NCBI GenBank assembly: GCA_964016885.1
Contig: OZ024749.1
Span: 8,184,001 to 8,248,000 of the forward strand
Source of the DNA: Eledone cirrhosa
Lineage: Eukaryota
Length of the DNA: 64,000 bases
Direction: 5' to 3'
Made by a program: the position numbers and the translations under genes. The stretch's first letter is position 1; every line of letters begins with the position of its first letter. Of this stretch, positions 40,765-55,700 are shown one piece after another. The notes under the pieces were generated by a model. It was not told the DNA's origin. It was given only the letters and a program-made list of their open reading frames with translations, and made no database searches.

Positions 40765-43700
40765 TGAAGATCTTCTGCTAGCTCCACTGAGAGCTACTTG
40801 CAACAATACTGAAGATTTCTGGCTAGCACTACTGAGAGCTACTTGGTACAATACTGTAGATCTTCTGCTAGCTAGCTCTACTGAGAGCTACTTGCCACAA
40901 TACTGAAGATCTTCTGGCTAGCACTACCGAGAGCTACTTGCCTCTTTACTAAAGATGTTCTACTAGCTAGCACTACTGAGAGCTACTTGCACCAATACTA
41001 GAGATCTTCTAGCTAGCTCTACTGAGAGATACTTGCCACTATACTAAAGATCTTCTGGCTAATTCTACTGAGAGTTACTTGCCTCTTTACTAAAGATCTT
41101 CTGTTGGCACTACTGAGAGATACTTGACACTACTAAAGATCTTCTGTTGGCACTACTGAGAGATACTTGACACTATAATAAAGATCTTCTGTTGACACTA
41201 CTGAGAGATACTTGCCACTATACTAAAGATCTTCTGTTGACACTACTGAGAGATACTTGCCACTGTACTAAAGATCTTCTGTTGACACTACTGAGAGATA
41301 TTTGACACTGTACTAAAGATCTTCTGTTGGCACTACTGAGAGATACTTGCCACTGTACTAAGGATCTTCTGTTGGCACTACTGAGAGATACTTGACACTA
41401 TACTAAAGTACTTCTGTTGGCACTACTGAGAGATACTTGACACTGTACTAAAGATCTTCTGTTGGCACTACTGAGAGATACTTGACACTGTACTAAAGAT
41501 CTTCTGTTGGCACTACTGAGAGATACTTGCCACTATACTAAAGATCTTCTGTTGGCACTACTGAGAGATAATTGCCACTGTACTAAAGTACTTCTGTTGG
41601 CACTACTGAGAGATACTTGCCACTATACTAAAGATCTTCTGTTGGCACTACTGAGAGATAATTGCCACTGTACTAAAGTACTTCTGTTGGCACTACTGAG
41701 AGATACTTGCCACTATACTAAAGATCTTCTGTTGGCACTACTGAGAGATAATTGCCACTGTACTAAAGTACTTCTGTTGGCACTACTGAGAGATACTTGA
41801 CACTATACTAAAGATCTTCTGTTGGCACTACTGAGAGATACTTGACACTATACTAAAGATCTTCTGTTGGCACTACTGAGAGTTACTTGACACTATACTA
41901 AAGATCTTCTGTTGGCACTACTGAGAGATACCTGACACTATACTAAAGTACTTCTGTTGGCACTACTGAGAGATACTTGACACTATACTAAAGTACTTCT
42001 GTTGGCACTACTGAGAGATACTTGACACTGTACTAAAGATCTTCTGTTGGCACTACTGAGAGATACCTGACACTATACTAAAGTACTTCTGTTGGCACTA
42101 CTGAGAGATACTTGACACTATACTAAAGTACTTCTGTTGGCACTACTGAGAGATACTTGACACTGTACTAAAGATCTTCTGTTGGCACTACTGAGAGATA
42201 CTTGACACTGTACTAAAGATCTTCTGTTGGCACTACTGAGAGATACTTGCCACTATACTAAAGATCTTCTGTTGGCACTACTGAGAGATAATTGCCACTG
42301 TACTAAAGTACTTCTGTTGGCACTACTGAGAGATACTTGACACTATACTAAAGATCTTCTGTTGGCACTACTGAGAGATACTTGACACTATACTAAAGAT
42401 CTTCTGTTGGCACTACTGAGAGTTACTTGACACTATACTAAAGATCTTCTGTTGGCACTACTGAGAGATACCTGACACTATACTAAAGTACTTCTGTTGG
42501 CACTACTGAGAGATACTTGACACTGTACTAAAGATCTTCTGTTGGCACTACTGAGAGATACTTGACACTATACTAAAGATCTTCAGTTGGCACTACTGAG
42601 AGATACTTGCCATTATACTAAAGTACTTCTGTTGGCACTACTGAGGGATACTTGACATTATACTAAACATCTTCTGTTGGCACTACTGAGAGATACTTGA
42701 CGCTGTACTAAAGATCTTCTGTTGGCACTACTGAGAGATACTTGACACTGTACTAAAGATCTTCTGTTGGCACTACTGAGACATACTTGACACTGTACTA
42801 AATATCTTCTGTTGGCACTACTGAGACATACTTGACACTGTACTAAAGATCTTCTGTTGGCACTACTGAGACATACTTGACACTGTACTAAAGATCTTCT
42901 GTTGGCACTACTGAGACATACTTGACACTATACTAAAGTACTTCTGTTGGCACTACTGAGAGATACTTGATACTATACTAAAGATCTTCTGTTGGCACTA
43001 CTGAGAGATACTTGACACTGTACTAAAGATCTTCTATTGGCACTACTGAGAGATACTTGACACTGTACTAAAGATCTTCTATTGGCACTACTGAGACATA
43101 CTTGACACTGTACTAAAGATCTTCTGTTGGCACTACTGAGACATACTTGACACTATACTAAAGTACTTCTGTTGGCACTACTGAGAGATACTTGATACTA
43201 TACTAAAGATCTTCTGTTGGCACTACTGAGAGATACTTGACACTGTACTAAAGATCTTCTATTGGCACTACTGAGAGATACTTGACACTGTACTAAAGAT
43301 CTTCTATTGGCACTACTGAGACATACTTGACACTGTACTAAAGATCTTCTGTTGGCACTACTGAGACATACTTGACACTATACTAAAGTACTTCTGTTGG
43401 CACTACTGAGAGATATTTGATACTATACTAAAGATCTTCTGTTGGCACTACTGAGAGATACTTGACACTGTACTAAAGATCTTCTATTGGCACTACTGAG
43501 AGATACTTGACACTGTACTAAAGATCTTCTATTGGCACTACTGAGACATACTTGACACTGTACTAAAGATCTTCTGTTGGCACTACTGAGAGATACTTGA
43601 TACTATACTAAAGATCTTCTGTTGGCACTACTGAGAGATACTTGACACTGTACTAAAGATCTTCTATTGGCACTACTGAGAGATACTTGACACTGTACTA

Positions 43701-46700
43701 AAGATCTTCTATTGGCACTACTGAGAGATACTTGACACTGTACTAAAGATCTTCTATTGGCACTACTGAGACATACTTGACACTGTACTAAAGATCTTCT
43801 ATTGGCTCTACTGAGACATACTTGACACTGTACTAAAGACCTTCTGTTGGCACTACTGAGAGATACTTGACACTGTACTAAAGATCTTCTGTTGGCACTA
43901 CTGAGAGATACTTGACACTATACTAAAGATCTTCTATTGACACTACTGAGAGATACTTGACACTATACTAAAGATCTTCTGTTGGCACTACTGAGAGATA
44001 CTTGACACTATACTAAAGATCTTCTATTGGCACTACTGAGACATACTTGACACTGTACTAAAGATCTTCTATTGGCACTACTGAGACATACTTGACACTG
44101 TACTAAAGATCTTCTGTTGGCACTACTGAGAGATACTTGATACTATACTAAAGATCTTCTGTTGGCACTACTGAGAGATACTTGACACTGTACTAAAGAT
44201 CTTCTATTGGCACTACTGAGAGATACTTGACACTGTACTAAAGATCTTCTATTGGCACTACTGAGAGATACTTGACACTGTACTAAAGATCTTCTATTGG
44301 CACTACTGAGACATACTTGACACTGTACTAAAGATCTTCTATTGGCTCTACTGAGACATACTTGACACTATACTAAAGACCTTCTGTTGGCACTACTGAG
44401 AGATACTTGACACTGTACTAAAGATCTTCTGTTGGCACTACTGAGAGATACTTGACACTATACTAAAGATCTTCTGTTGACACTACTGAGAGATACTTGA
44501 CACTATACTATAGATCTTCTGTTGACACTACTGAGAGATACTTGACACTATACTAAAGATCTTCTATTGACACTACTGAGAGATACTTGACACTATACTA
44601 AAGATCTTCTGTTGGCACTACTGAGAGATACTTGACACTATACTAAAGATCTTCTATTGACACTACTGAGAGATACTTGACACTATACTAAAGATCTTCT
44701 GTTGGCACTACTGAGAGATACTTGACACTATACTATAGATCTTCTGTTGACACTACTGAGAGATACTTGACACTGTACTAAAGATCTTCTATTGACACTA
44801 CTGAGACATACTTGACGCTGTATTAAAGATCTTCTGTTGGCACTACTGAGAGATACTTGACACTGTACTAAAGATCTTCTATTGGCTCTACTGAGATATA
44901 ATTGACACTGTACTAAAGATCTTCTGTTGGCACTACTGACAGATACTTGACACTATACTAAAGATCTTCTATTGACACTACTGAGAGATACTTGACACTG
45001 TACTAAAGATCTTCTATTGACACTACTGAGAGATACTTGACACTATACTAAAGATCTTCTGTTGGCACTACTGAGAGATACTTGACACTATACTAAAGAT
45101 CTTCTGTTGGCACTACTGAGAGATACTTGACACTATACTATAGATCTTCTGTTGACACTACTGAGAGATACTTGACACTGTACTAAAGATCTTCTATTGA
45201 CACTACTGAGACATACTTGACGCTGTCTTAAAGATCTTCTGTTGGCACTACTGAGAGATACTTGACACTGTACTAAAGATCTTCTATTGGCTCTACTGAG
45301 ATATAATTGACACTGTACTAAAGATCTTCTGTTGGCACTACTGACAGATACTTGACACTATACTAAAGATCTTCTGTTGACACTACTGAGAGATACTTGA
45401 CACTGTACTAAAGATCTTCTATTGACACTACTGAGAGATACTTGACACTATACTATAGATCTTCTGTTGACACTACTGAGAGATACTTGCCACTGTACTA
45501 AAGATCTTCTGTTGACACTACTGAGAGATACTTGACACTGTACTAAAGATCTTCTATTGACACTACTGAGAGATACTTGCCACTGTACTAAAGATCTTCT
45601 GTTGGCACTACTGAGAGATACTTGACACTATACTAAAGATCTTCTGTTGGCACTACTGAGAGATACTTGACACTGTACTATAGATCTTCTGTTGACACTA
45701 CTGAGAGATACTTGCCACTGTACTAAAGATCTTCTATTGACACTACTGAGAGATACTTGCCACTGTACTAAAGATCTTCTGTTGACACTACTGAGAGATA
45801 CTTGACACTGTACTAAAGATCTTCTATTGACACTACTGAGAGATACTTGACACTGTACTAAAGATCTTCTATTGACACTACTGAGACATACTTGACGCTG
45901 TATTAAAGATCTTCTGTTGGCACTACTGAGAGATACTTGACACTGTACTAAAGATCTTCTATTGGCTCTACTGAGATATAATTGACACTGTACTAAAGAT
46001 CTTCTGTTGGCACTACTGACAGATACTTGACACTATACTAAAGATCTTCTGTTGACACTACTGAGAGATACTTGACACTGTACTAAAGATCTTCTATTGA
46101 CACTACTGAGAGATACTTGACACTATACTATAGATCTTCTGTTGACACTACTGAGAGATACTTGCCACTGTACTAAAGATCTTCTGTTGACACTACTGAG
46201 AGATACTTGACACTGTACTAAAGATCTTCTATTGACACTACTGAGAGATACTTGCCACTGTACTAAAGATCTTCTGTTGGCACTACTGAGAGATACTTGA
46301 CACTATACTAAAGATCTTCTGTTGGCACTACTGAGAGATACTTGACACTGTACTATAGATCTTCTGTTGACACTACTGAGAGATACTTGCCACTGTACTA
46401 AAGATCTTCTATTGACACTACTGAGAGATACTTGCCACTGTACTAAAGATCTTCTGTTGACACTACTGAGAGATACTTGACACTGTACTAAAGATCTTTT
46501 GTTGGCACTACTGAGAGATACTTGACACTATACTAAAGATCTTCTGTTGGCACTACTGAGAGATACTTGACACTGTACTAAAGATCTTCTGTTGGCACTA
46601 CTGAGAGATACTTGCCACTGTACTAAAGATCTTTTGTTGGCACTACTGAGAGATACTTGACACTATACTAAAGATCTTCTATTGACACTACTGAGAGATA

Positions 46701-49700
46701 CTTGCCACTGTACTAAAGATCTTTTGTTGGCACTACTGAGAGATACTTGACACTATACTAAAGATCTTCTGTTGGCTCTACTGAGAGATACTTGACACTG
46801 TACTAAAGATCTTCTGTTGGCACTACTGAGAGATACTTGACACTATACTAAAGATCTTCTGTTGGCACTACTGTGAGATACTTGACACTATACTAAAGAT
46901 CTTCTGTTGGCTCTACTGAGAGATACTTGACACTGTACTAAAGATCTTCTGTTGGCACTACTGAGAGATACTTGACACTATACTAAAGATCTTCTGTTGG
47001 CACTACTGAGAGATACTTGACACTATACTAAAGATCTTCTGTTGGCTCTACTGAGAGATACTTGACACTGTACTAAAGATCTTCAGTTGGCTCTACTGAG
47101 ACATACTTGACACTGTACTAAAGATCTTCTGTTGGCACTACTGAGAGATACTTGCCACTGTACTAAAGATCTTCTGTTGGCACTACTGAGAGATACTTGA
47201 TACTATACTAAAGATCTTCTGTTGGCACTACTGAGAGATACTTGATACTATACTAAAGATCTTCTGTTGGCCCTACTGAGAGATACTTGACACTGTACTA
47301 AAGATCTTCTGTTGGCACTACTGAGAGATACTTGACACTATACTAAAGATCTTCTGTTGGCACTACTGAGAGATACTTGACACTATACTAAAGATCTTCT
47401 GTTGGCACTACTGAGAGATACTTGACACTATACTAAAGATCTTCTGTTGACACTACTGAGAGATACTTGACGCTGTACTAAAGATCTTCTGTTGGCACTA
47501 CTGAGAGATACTTGACACTATACTAAAGATCTTCTGTTGACACTACTGAGAGATACTTGACGCTGTACTAAAGATCTTCTGTTGGCACTACTGAGAGATA
47601 CTTGATACTATACTAAAGATCTTCTGTTGACACTACTGAGAGATACTTGATACTATACTAAAGATCTTCTGTTGGCCCTACTGAGAGATACTTGACACTG
47701 TACTAAAGATCTTCTGTTGGCACTACTGAGAGATACTTGACACTATACTAAAGATCTTCTGTTGGCACTACTGAGAGATACTTGACACTATACTAAAGAT
47801 CTTCTGTTGGCACTACTGAGAGATACTTGACACTATACTAAAGATCTTCTGTTGACACTACTGAGAGATACTTGACACTATACTAAAGATCTTCTGTTGG
47901 AACTACTGAGAGATACTTGACACTATACTAAAGATCTTCTGTTGGCACTACTGAGAGATACTTGCCACTGTACTAAAGATCTTCTGTTGGCACTACTGAG
48001 AGATACTTGACACTATACTAAAGATCTTCTGTTGGCACTACTGAGAGATACTTGCCACTGTACTAAAGATCTTCTGTTGGCACTACTGAGAGATACTTGA
48101 CACTATACTAAAGATCTTCTGTTGACACTACTGAGAGATACTTGACGCTGTACTAAAGATCTTCTGTTGACACTACTGAGAGATACTTGACACTATACTA
48201 AAGATCTTCTGTTGACACTACTGAGAGATACTTGACACTATACTAAAGATCTTCTGTTGGCACTACTGAGAGATACTTGCCACTGTACTAAAGATCTTCT
48301 GTTGGCACTACTGAGAGATACTTGACACTGTACTAAAGATCTTCTGTTGACACTACTGAGAGATACTTGACACTATACTAAAGATCTTCTGTTGGCACTA
48401 CTGAGAGATACTTGACACTATACTAAAGATCTTCTGTTGGCACTACTGAGAGATACTTGCCACTGTACTAAAGATCTTCTGTTGGCACTACTGAGAGATA
48501 CTTGACACTGTACTAAAGATCTTCTGTTGACACTACTGAGAGATACTTGACACTATACTAAAGATCTTCTGTTGGCACTACTGAGAGATACTTGACACTA
48601 TACTAAAGATCTTCTGTTGGCACTACTGAGAGATACTTGACACTATACTAAAGATCTTCTGTTGGCACTACTGAGAGATACTTGACACTGTACTAAAGAT
48701 CTTCTGTTGGCACTACTGAGAGATACTTGACACTGTACTAAAGATCTTCTGTTGGCACTACTGAGAGATACTTGACGCTGTACTAAAGATCTTCTGTTGG
48801 CACTACTGAGAGATACTTGACACTATACTAAAGATCTTCTGTTGGCACTACTGAGAGATACTTGCCACTGTACTAAAGATCTTCTGTTGGCACTACTGAG
48901 AGATACTTGACACTGTACTAAAGATCTTCTGTTGACACTACTGAGAGATACTTGCCACTATACTAAAGATCTTCTGTTGGAACTACTGAGAGATAATTGA
49001 CACTGTACTAAAGATCTTCTATTGGCACTACTGAGAGATACTTGACACTGTACTAAAGATCTTCTATTGGCTCTACTGAGACATACTTGACACTATACTA
49101 AAGATCTTCTATTGGCTCTACTGAGACATACTTGACACTGTACTAAAGATCTTCTATTGGCTCTACTGAGACATACTTGACACTATACTAAAGATCTTCT
49201 GTTGGCACTACTGAGAGATACTTGACGCTGTACTAAAGATCTTCTGTTGGCACTACTGAGAGATACTTGACGCTGTACTAAAGATCTTCTGTTGGCTCTA
49301 CTGAGAGATACTTGACACTGTACTAAAGATCTTCTGTTGGCACTACTGAGAGATACTTGCCACTGTACTAAAGTACTTCTGTTGGCACTACTGAGAGATA
49401 CTTGCCACTATACTAAAGATCTTCTGTTGGAACTACTGAGAGATAATTGACACTGTACTAAAGATCTTCTATTGGCACTACTGAGACATACTTGACACTG
49501 TACTAAATATCTTCTATTGGCTCTACTGAGACATACTTGACACTGTACTAAAGATCTTCTGTTGGCTCTACTGAGACATACTTGACACTGTACTAAAGAT
49601 CTTCTATTGGCTCTACTGAGACATACTTGACACTGTACTAAAGATCTTCTGTTGGCACTACTGAGAGATACTTGACACTATACTAAAGATCTTCTGTTGA

Positions 49701-52700
49701 CACTACTGATTGATACTTGACACTATACTAATGATCTTCTGTTGGCACTACTGAGAGATACTTGACACTATACTAAAGATCTTCTGTTGGCACTACTGAG
49801 AGATACTTGACACTATACTAAAGATCTTCTGTTGGCACTACTGAGAGATACTTGACACTATACTAAAGATCTTCTGTTGGCACTACTGAGAGATACTTGA
49901 CACTATACTATAGATCTTCTGTTGACACTACTGAGAGATACTTGACACTGTACTAAAGATCTTCTATTGACACTACTGAGAGATACTTGACACTATACTA
50001 TAGATCTTCTGTTGACACTACTGAGAGATACTTGCCACTGTACTAAAGATCTTCTATTGACACTACTGAGAGATACTTGCCACTGTACTAAAGATCTTCT
50101 GTTGGCACTACTGAGAGATACTTGACACTATACTAAAGATCTTCTGTTGGCACTACTGAGAGTTACTTGACACTATACTAAAGATCTTCTGTTGGCACTA
50201 CTGAGAGATACCTGACACTATACTAAAGTACTTCTGTTGGCACTACTGAGAGATACTTGACACTGTACTAAAGATCTTCTGTTGGCACTACTGAGAGATA
50301 CTTGACACTGTACTAAAGATCTTCTGTTGGCACTACTGAGACATAATTGACACTATACTAAAGATCTTCTGTTGGCCCTACTGAGAGATACTTGACACTG
50401 TACTAAAGATCTTCTATTGACACTACTGAGAGATACTTGACACTATACTAAAGATCTTCAGTTGGCACTACTGAGAGATACTTGACACTATACTAAAGAT
50501 CTTCTGTTGGCTCTACTGAGAGATACTTGACACTATACTAAAGTACTTCTGTTGGCACTACTGAGGGATACTTGACATTATACTAAACATCTTCTGTTGG
50601 CACTACTGAGAGATACTTGACACTGTACTAAAGATCTTCTGTTGGCACTACTGAGAGATACTTGACACTATACTAAAGATCTTCTGTTGGCACTACTGAG
50701 AGATACTTGACACTGTACTAAAGATCTTCTATTGGCACTACTGAGAGATACTTGACACTGTACTAAAGATCTTCTATTGGCACTACTGAGACATACTTGA
50801 CACTGTACTAAAGATCTTCTGTTGGCACTACTGAGAGATACTTGATACTATACTAAAGATCTTCTGTTGGCACTACTGAGAGATACTTGACACTATACTA
50901 AAGATCTTCTGTTGGCACTACTGAGAGATACTTGATACTATACTAAAGATCTTCTGTTGGCACTACTGAGAGATACTTGACACTATACTAAAGATCTTCT
51001 GTTGGCACTACTGATTGATACTTGACACTGTACTAAAGATCTTCTATTGGCACTACTGAGAGATACTTGATACTATACTAAAGATCTTCTGTTGGCACTA
51101 CTGAGAGATACTTGACACTGTACTAAAGATCTTCTATTGGCACTACTGAGACATACTTGACACTGTACTAAAGATCTTCTATTGGCTCTACTGAGACATA
51201 CTTGACACTGTACTAAAGATCTTCTGTTGGCACTACTGAGAGATACTTGACGCTGTATTAAAGATCTTCTGTTGGCACTACTGAGAGATACTTGACACTG
51301 TACTAAAGATCTTCTATTGGCACTACTGAGACATACTTGACACTGTACTAAAGATCTTCTGTTGGCACTACTGAGAGATACTTGACACTGTACTAAAGAT
51401 CTTCTATTGGCACTACTGAGAGATACTTGACACTGTACTAAAGATCTTCTATTGGCACTACTGAGACATACTTGACACTGTACTAAAGATCTTCTGTTGG
51501 CACTACTGAGAGATACTTGACACTGTACTAAAGATCTTCTATTGGCACTACTGAGACATACTTGACACTGTACTAAAGATCTTCTGTTGGCACTACTGAG
51601 AGATACTTGACACTGTACTAAAGATCTTCTATTGGCACTACTGAGAGATACTTGACACTGTACTAAAGATCTTCTATTGGCACTACTGAGAGATACTTGC
51701 CACTGTACTAAAGATCTTCTATTGGCTCTACTGAGACATACTTGACACTATACTATAGATCTTCTGTTGACACTACTGAGAGATACTTGCCACTGTACTA
51801 AAGATCTTCTGTTGACACTACTGAGAGATACTTGACACTGTACTAAAGATCTTCTATTGACACTACTGAGAGATACTTGACACTATACTATAGATCTTCT
51901 GTTGACACTACTGAGAGATACTTGCCACTGTACTAAAGATCTTCTATTGACACTACTGAGAGATACTTGCCACTGTACTAAAGATCTTCTGTTGGCACTA
52001 CTGAGAGATACTTGACACTATACTAAAGATATTCTGTTGGCACTACTGAGAGATACTTGACACTGTACTATAGATCTTCTGTTGACACTACTGAGAGATA
52101 CTTGCCACTGTACTAAAGATCTTCTATTGACACTACTGAGAGATACTTGCCACTGTACTAAAGATCTTTTGTTGGCACTACTGAGAGATACTTGACACTA
52201 TACTAAAGATCTTCTGTTGGCACTACTGAGAGATACTTGACACTGTACTAAAGATCTTCTGTTGGCACTACTGAGAGATACTTGACACTATACTAAAGAT
52301 CTTCTGTTGGCCCTACTGTGAGATACTTGACACTGTACTAAAGATCTTCAGTTGGCACTACTGAGAGATACTTGCCATTATACTAAAGTACTTCTGTTGG
52401 CACTACTGAGAGATACTTGACACTATACTAAAGATCTTCTGTTGGCACTACTGAGAGATACTTGACACTGTACTAAAGATCTTCAGTTGGCCCTACTGAG
52501 GGATACTTGACACTATACTAAAGATCTTCTGTTGGCCCTACTGTGAGATACTTGACACTGTACTAAAGATCTTCTGTTGGCACTACTGAGAGATACTTGA
52601 CACTGTACTAAAGATCTTCTGTTGGCACTACTGAGAGATACTTGACACTGTACTAAAGATCTTCTGTTGGCTCTACTGAGAGATACTTGACACTGTACTA

Positions 52701-55700
52701 AAGATCTTCTGTTGGCACTACTGAGAGATACTTGACACTATACTAAAGATCTTCTGTTGACACTACTGAGAGATACTTGACACTGTACTAAAGATCTTCT
52801 GTTGGCACTACTGAGAGATACTTGACACTATACTAAAGATCTTCAGTTGGCCCTACTGAGGGATACTTGACACTATACTAAAGATCTTCAGTTGGCACTA
52901 CTGAGAGATAATTGCCATTATACTAAAGTACTTCTGTTGGCACTACTGAGAGATACTTGACACTGTACTAAAGATCTTCTGTTGGCACTACTGAGAGATA
53001 CTTGACACTATACTAAAGATCTTCTATTGGCACTACTGAGAGATAATTGACACTGTACTAAAGATCTTCTGTTGGCACTACTGAGAGATACTTGACACTG
53101 TACTAAAGATCTTCTATTGGTTCTACTGAGACATACTTGACACTATACTAAAGATCTTCTGTTGGCACTACTGAGAGATACTTGATACTATACTAAAGAT
53201 CTTCTGTTGGCACTACTGAGAGATACTTGACACTGTACAAAAGATCTTCTATTGGCTCTACTGAGACATACTTGACACTGTACTAAAGATCTTCTATTGG
53301 CACTACTGAGAGATACTTGACACTGTACAAAAGATCTTCTATTGGCTCTACTGAGACATACTTGACACTGTACTAAAGATCTTCTATTGGCACTACTGAG
53401 ACATACTTGACACTATACTAAAGATCTTCTGTTGGCACTACTGAGAGATACTTGACACTATACTAAAGATCTTCTATTGGCACTACTGAGACATACTTGA
53501 CACTATACTAAAGATCTTCTGTTGGCACTACTGAGAGATACTTGACACTATACTAAAGATCTTCTGTTGGCACTACTGAGAGATACTTGACACTGTACTA
53601 AAGATCTTCTGTTGGCACTACTGAGAGATACTTGACACTATACTAAAGATCTTCTGTTGGCCCTACTGAGAGATACTTGACACTGTACAAAAGATCTTCT
53701 ATTGGCTCTACTGAGACATACTTGACACTATACTAAAGATCTTCTGTTGGCACTACTGAGAGATACTTGACACTATACTAAAGATCTTCTGTTGGCACTA
53801 GTGAGAGATACTTGACGCTGTACTAAAGATCTTCTGTTGGCACTACTGAGAGATACTTGACACTGTACTAAAGATCTTCTATTGGCTCTACTGAGACATA
53901 CTTGACACTGTACTAAAGATCTTCTGTTGGCACTACTGAGAGATACTTGACACTATACTAAAGATCTTCTGTTGACACTACTGATTGATACTTGACACTA
54001 TACTAATGATCTTCTGTTGGCACTACTGAGAGATACTTGACACTATACTAAAGATCTTCTGTTGGCCCTACTGAGAGATACTTGACACTGTACTAAAGAT
54101 CTTCTGTTGGCACTACTGAGAGATACTTGACACTGTACTAAAGATCTTCTATTGACACTACTGAGAGATACTTGACACTATACTATAGATCTTCTGTTGA
54201 CACTACTGAGAGATACTTGACACTGTACTAAAGATCTTCTATTGACACTACTGAGAGATACTTGACACTATACTATAGATCTTCTGTTGACACTACTGAG
54301 AGATACTTGCCACTGTACTAAAGATCTTCTATTGACACTACTGAGAGATACTTGCCACTGTACTAAAGATCTTCTGTTGGCACTACTGAGAGATACTTGA
54401 CACTATACTAAAGATCTTCTGTTGGCACTACTGAGAGATACTTGACACTATACTAAAGAACTTCTGTTGGCCCTACTGAGAGATACTTGACACTATACTA
54501 AAGATCTTCTGTTGATACTACTGAGAGATACTTGCCACTATACAAAAGATCTTCTGTTGGCCCTACTGTGAGATACTTGACACTGTACTAAAGATCTTCT
54601 GTTGGCACTACTGAGAGATACTTGACACTGTACTAAAGATCTTCTATTGACACTACTGAGAGATACTTGACACTATACTAAAGATCTTCTATTGACACTA
54701 CTGAGAGATACTTGACACTATACTAAAGATCTTCTATTGGCACTACTGAGACATAATTGACACTATACTAAATATCTTCTGTTGGCCCTACTGAGAGATA
54801 CTTGACACTGTACTAAAGATCTTCTGTTGGCACTACTGAGAGATACTTGACACTGTACTAAAGATCTTCTATTTACACTACTGAGAGATACTTGACACTA
54901 TACTATAGATCTTCTGTTGACACTACTGAGAGATACTTGCCACTGTACTAAAGATCTTCTATTGACACTACTGAGAGATACTTGCCACTGTACTAAAGAT
55001 CTTCTATTGGCACTACTGAGAGATACTTGACACTATACTAAAGATCTTCTGTTGGCACTACTGAGAGATACTTGACACTGTACTAAAGATCTTCTGTTGA
55101 CACTAGTGAGAGATACTTGACACTATACTAAAGATCTTCTGTTGGCACTACTGAGAGATACTTGACACTATACTAAAGATCTTCTATTGGCACTACTGAG
55201 AGATACTTGACACTATACTAAAGATCTTCTGTTGGCACTACTGAGAGTTACTTGACACTATACTAAAGATCTTCTGTCGGCACTACTGAGAGATACCTGA
55301 CACTATACTAAAGTACTTCTGTTGGCACTACTGAGAGATACTTGACACTGTACTAAAGATCTTCTGTTGGCACTACTGAGAGATACTTGACACTGTACTA
55401 AAGATCTTCTGTTGGCACTACTGAGAGATACTTGCCACTATACTAAAGATCTTCTGTTGGCACTACTGAGAGATACTTGACACTGTACTAAAGATCTTCT
55501 GTTGGCACTACTGAGAGATACTTGACACTATACTAAAGATCTTCTGTTGGCTCTACTGAGAGATACTTGACACTATACTAAAGATCTTCAGTTGGCACTA
55601 CTGAGAGATACTTGCCATTATACTAAAGTACTTCTGTTGGCACTACTGAGGGATACTTGACACTATACTAAACATCTTCTGTTGGCACTACTGAGAGATA

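Noticed and set aside
41507-41800. ORF with LLLALLRDTCHYTKD repeats resembling a leucine-rich repeat protein
   Set aside because: Chance read-through of the 45-bp satellite where TGA is mutated to TGC; most units contain the stop.
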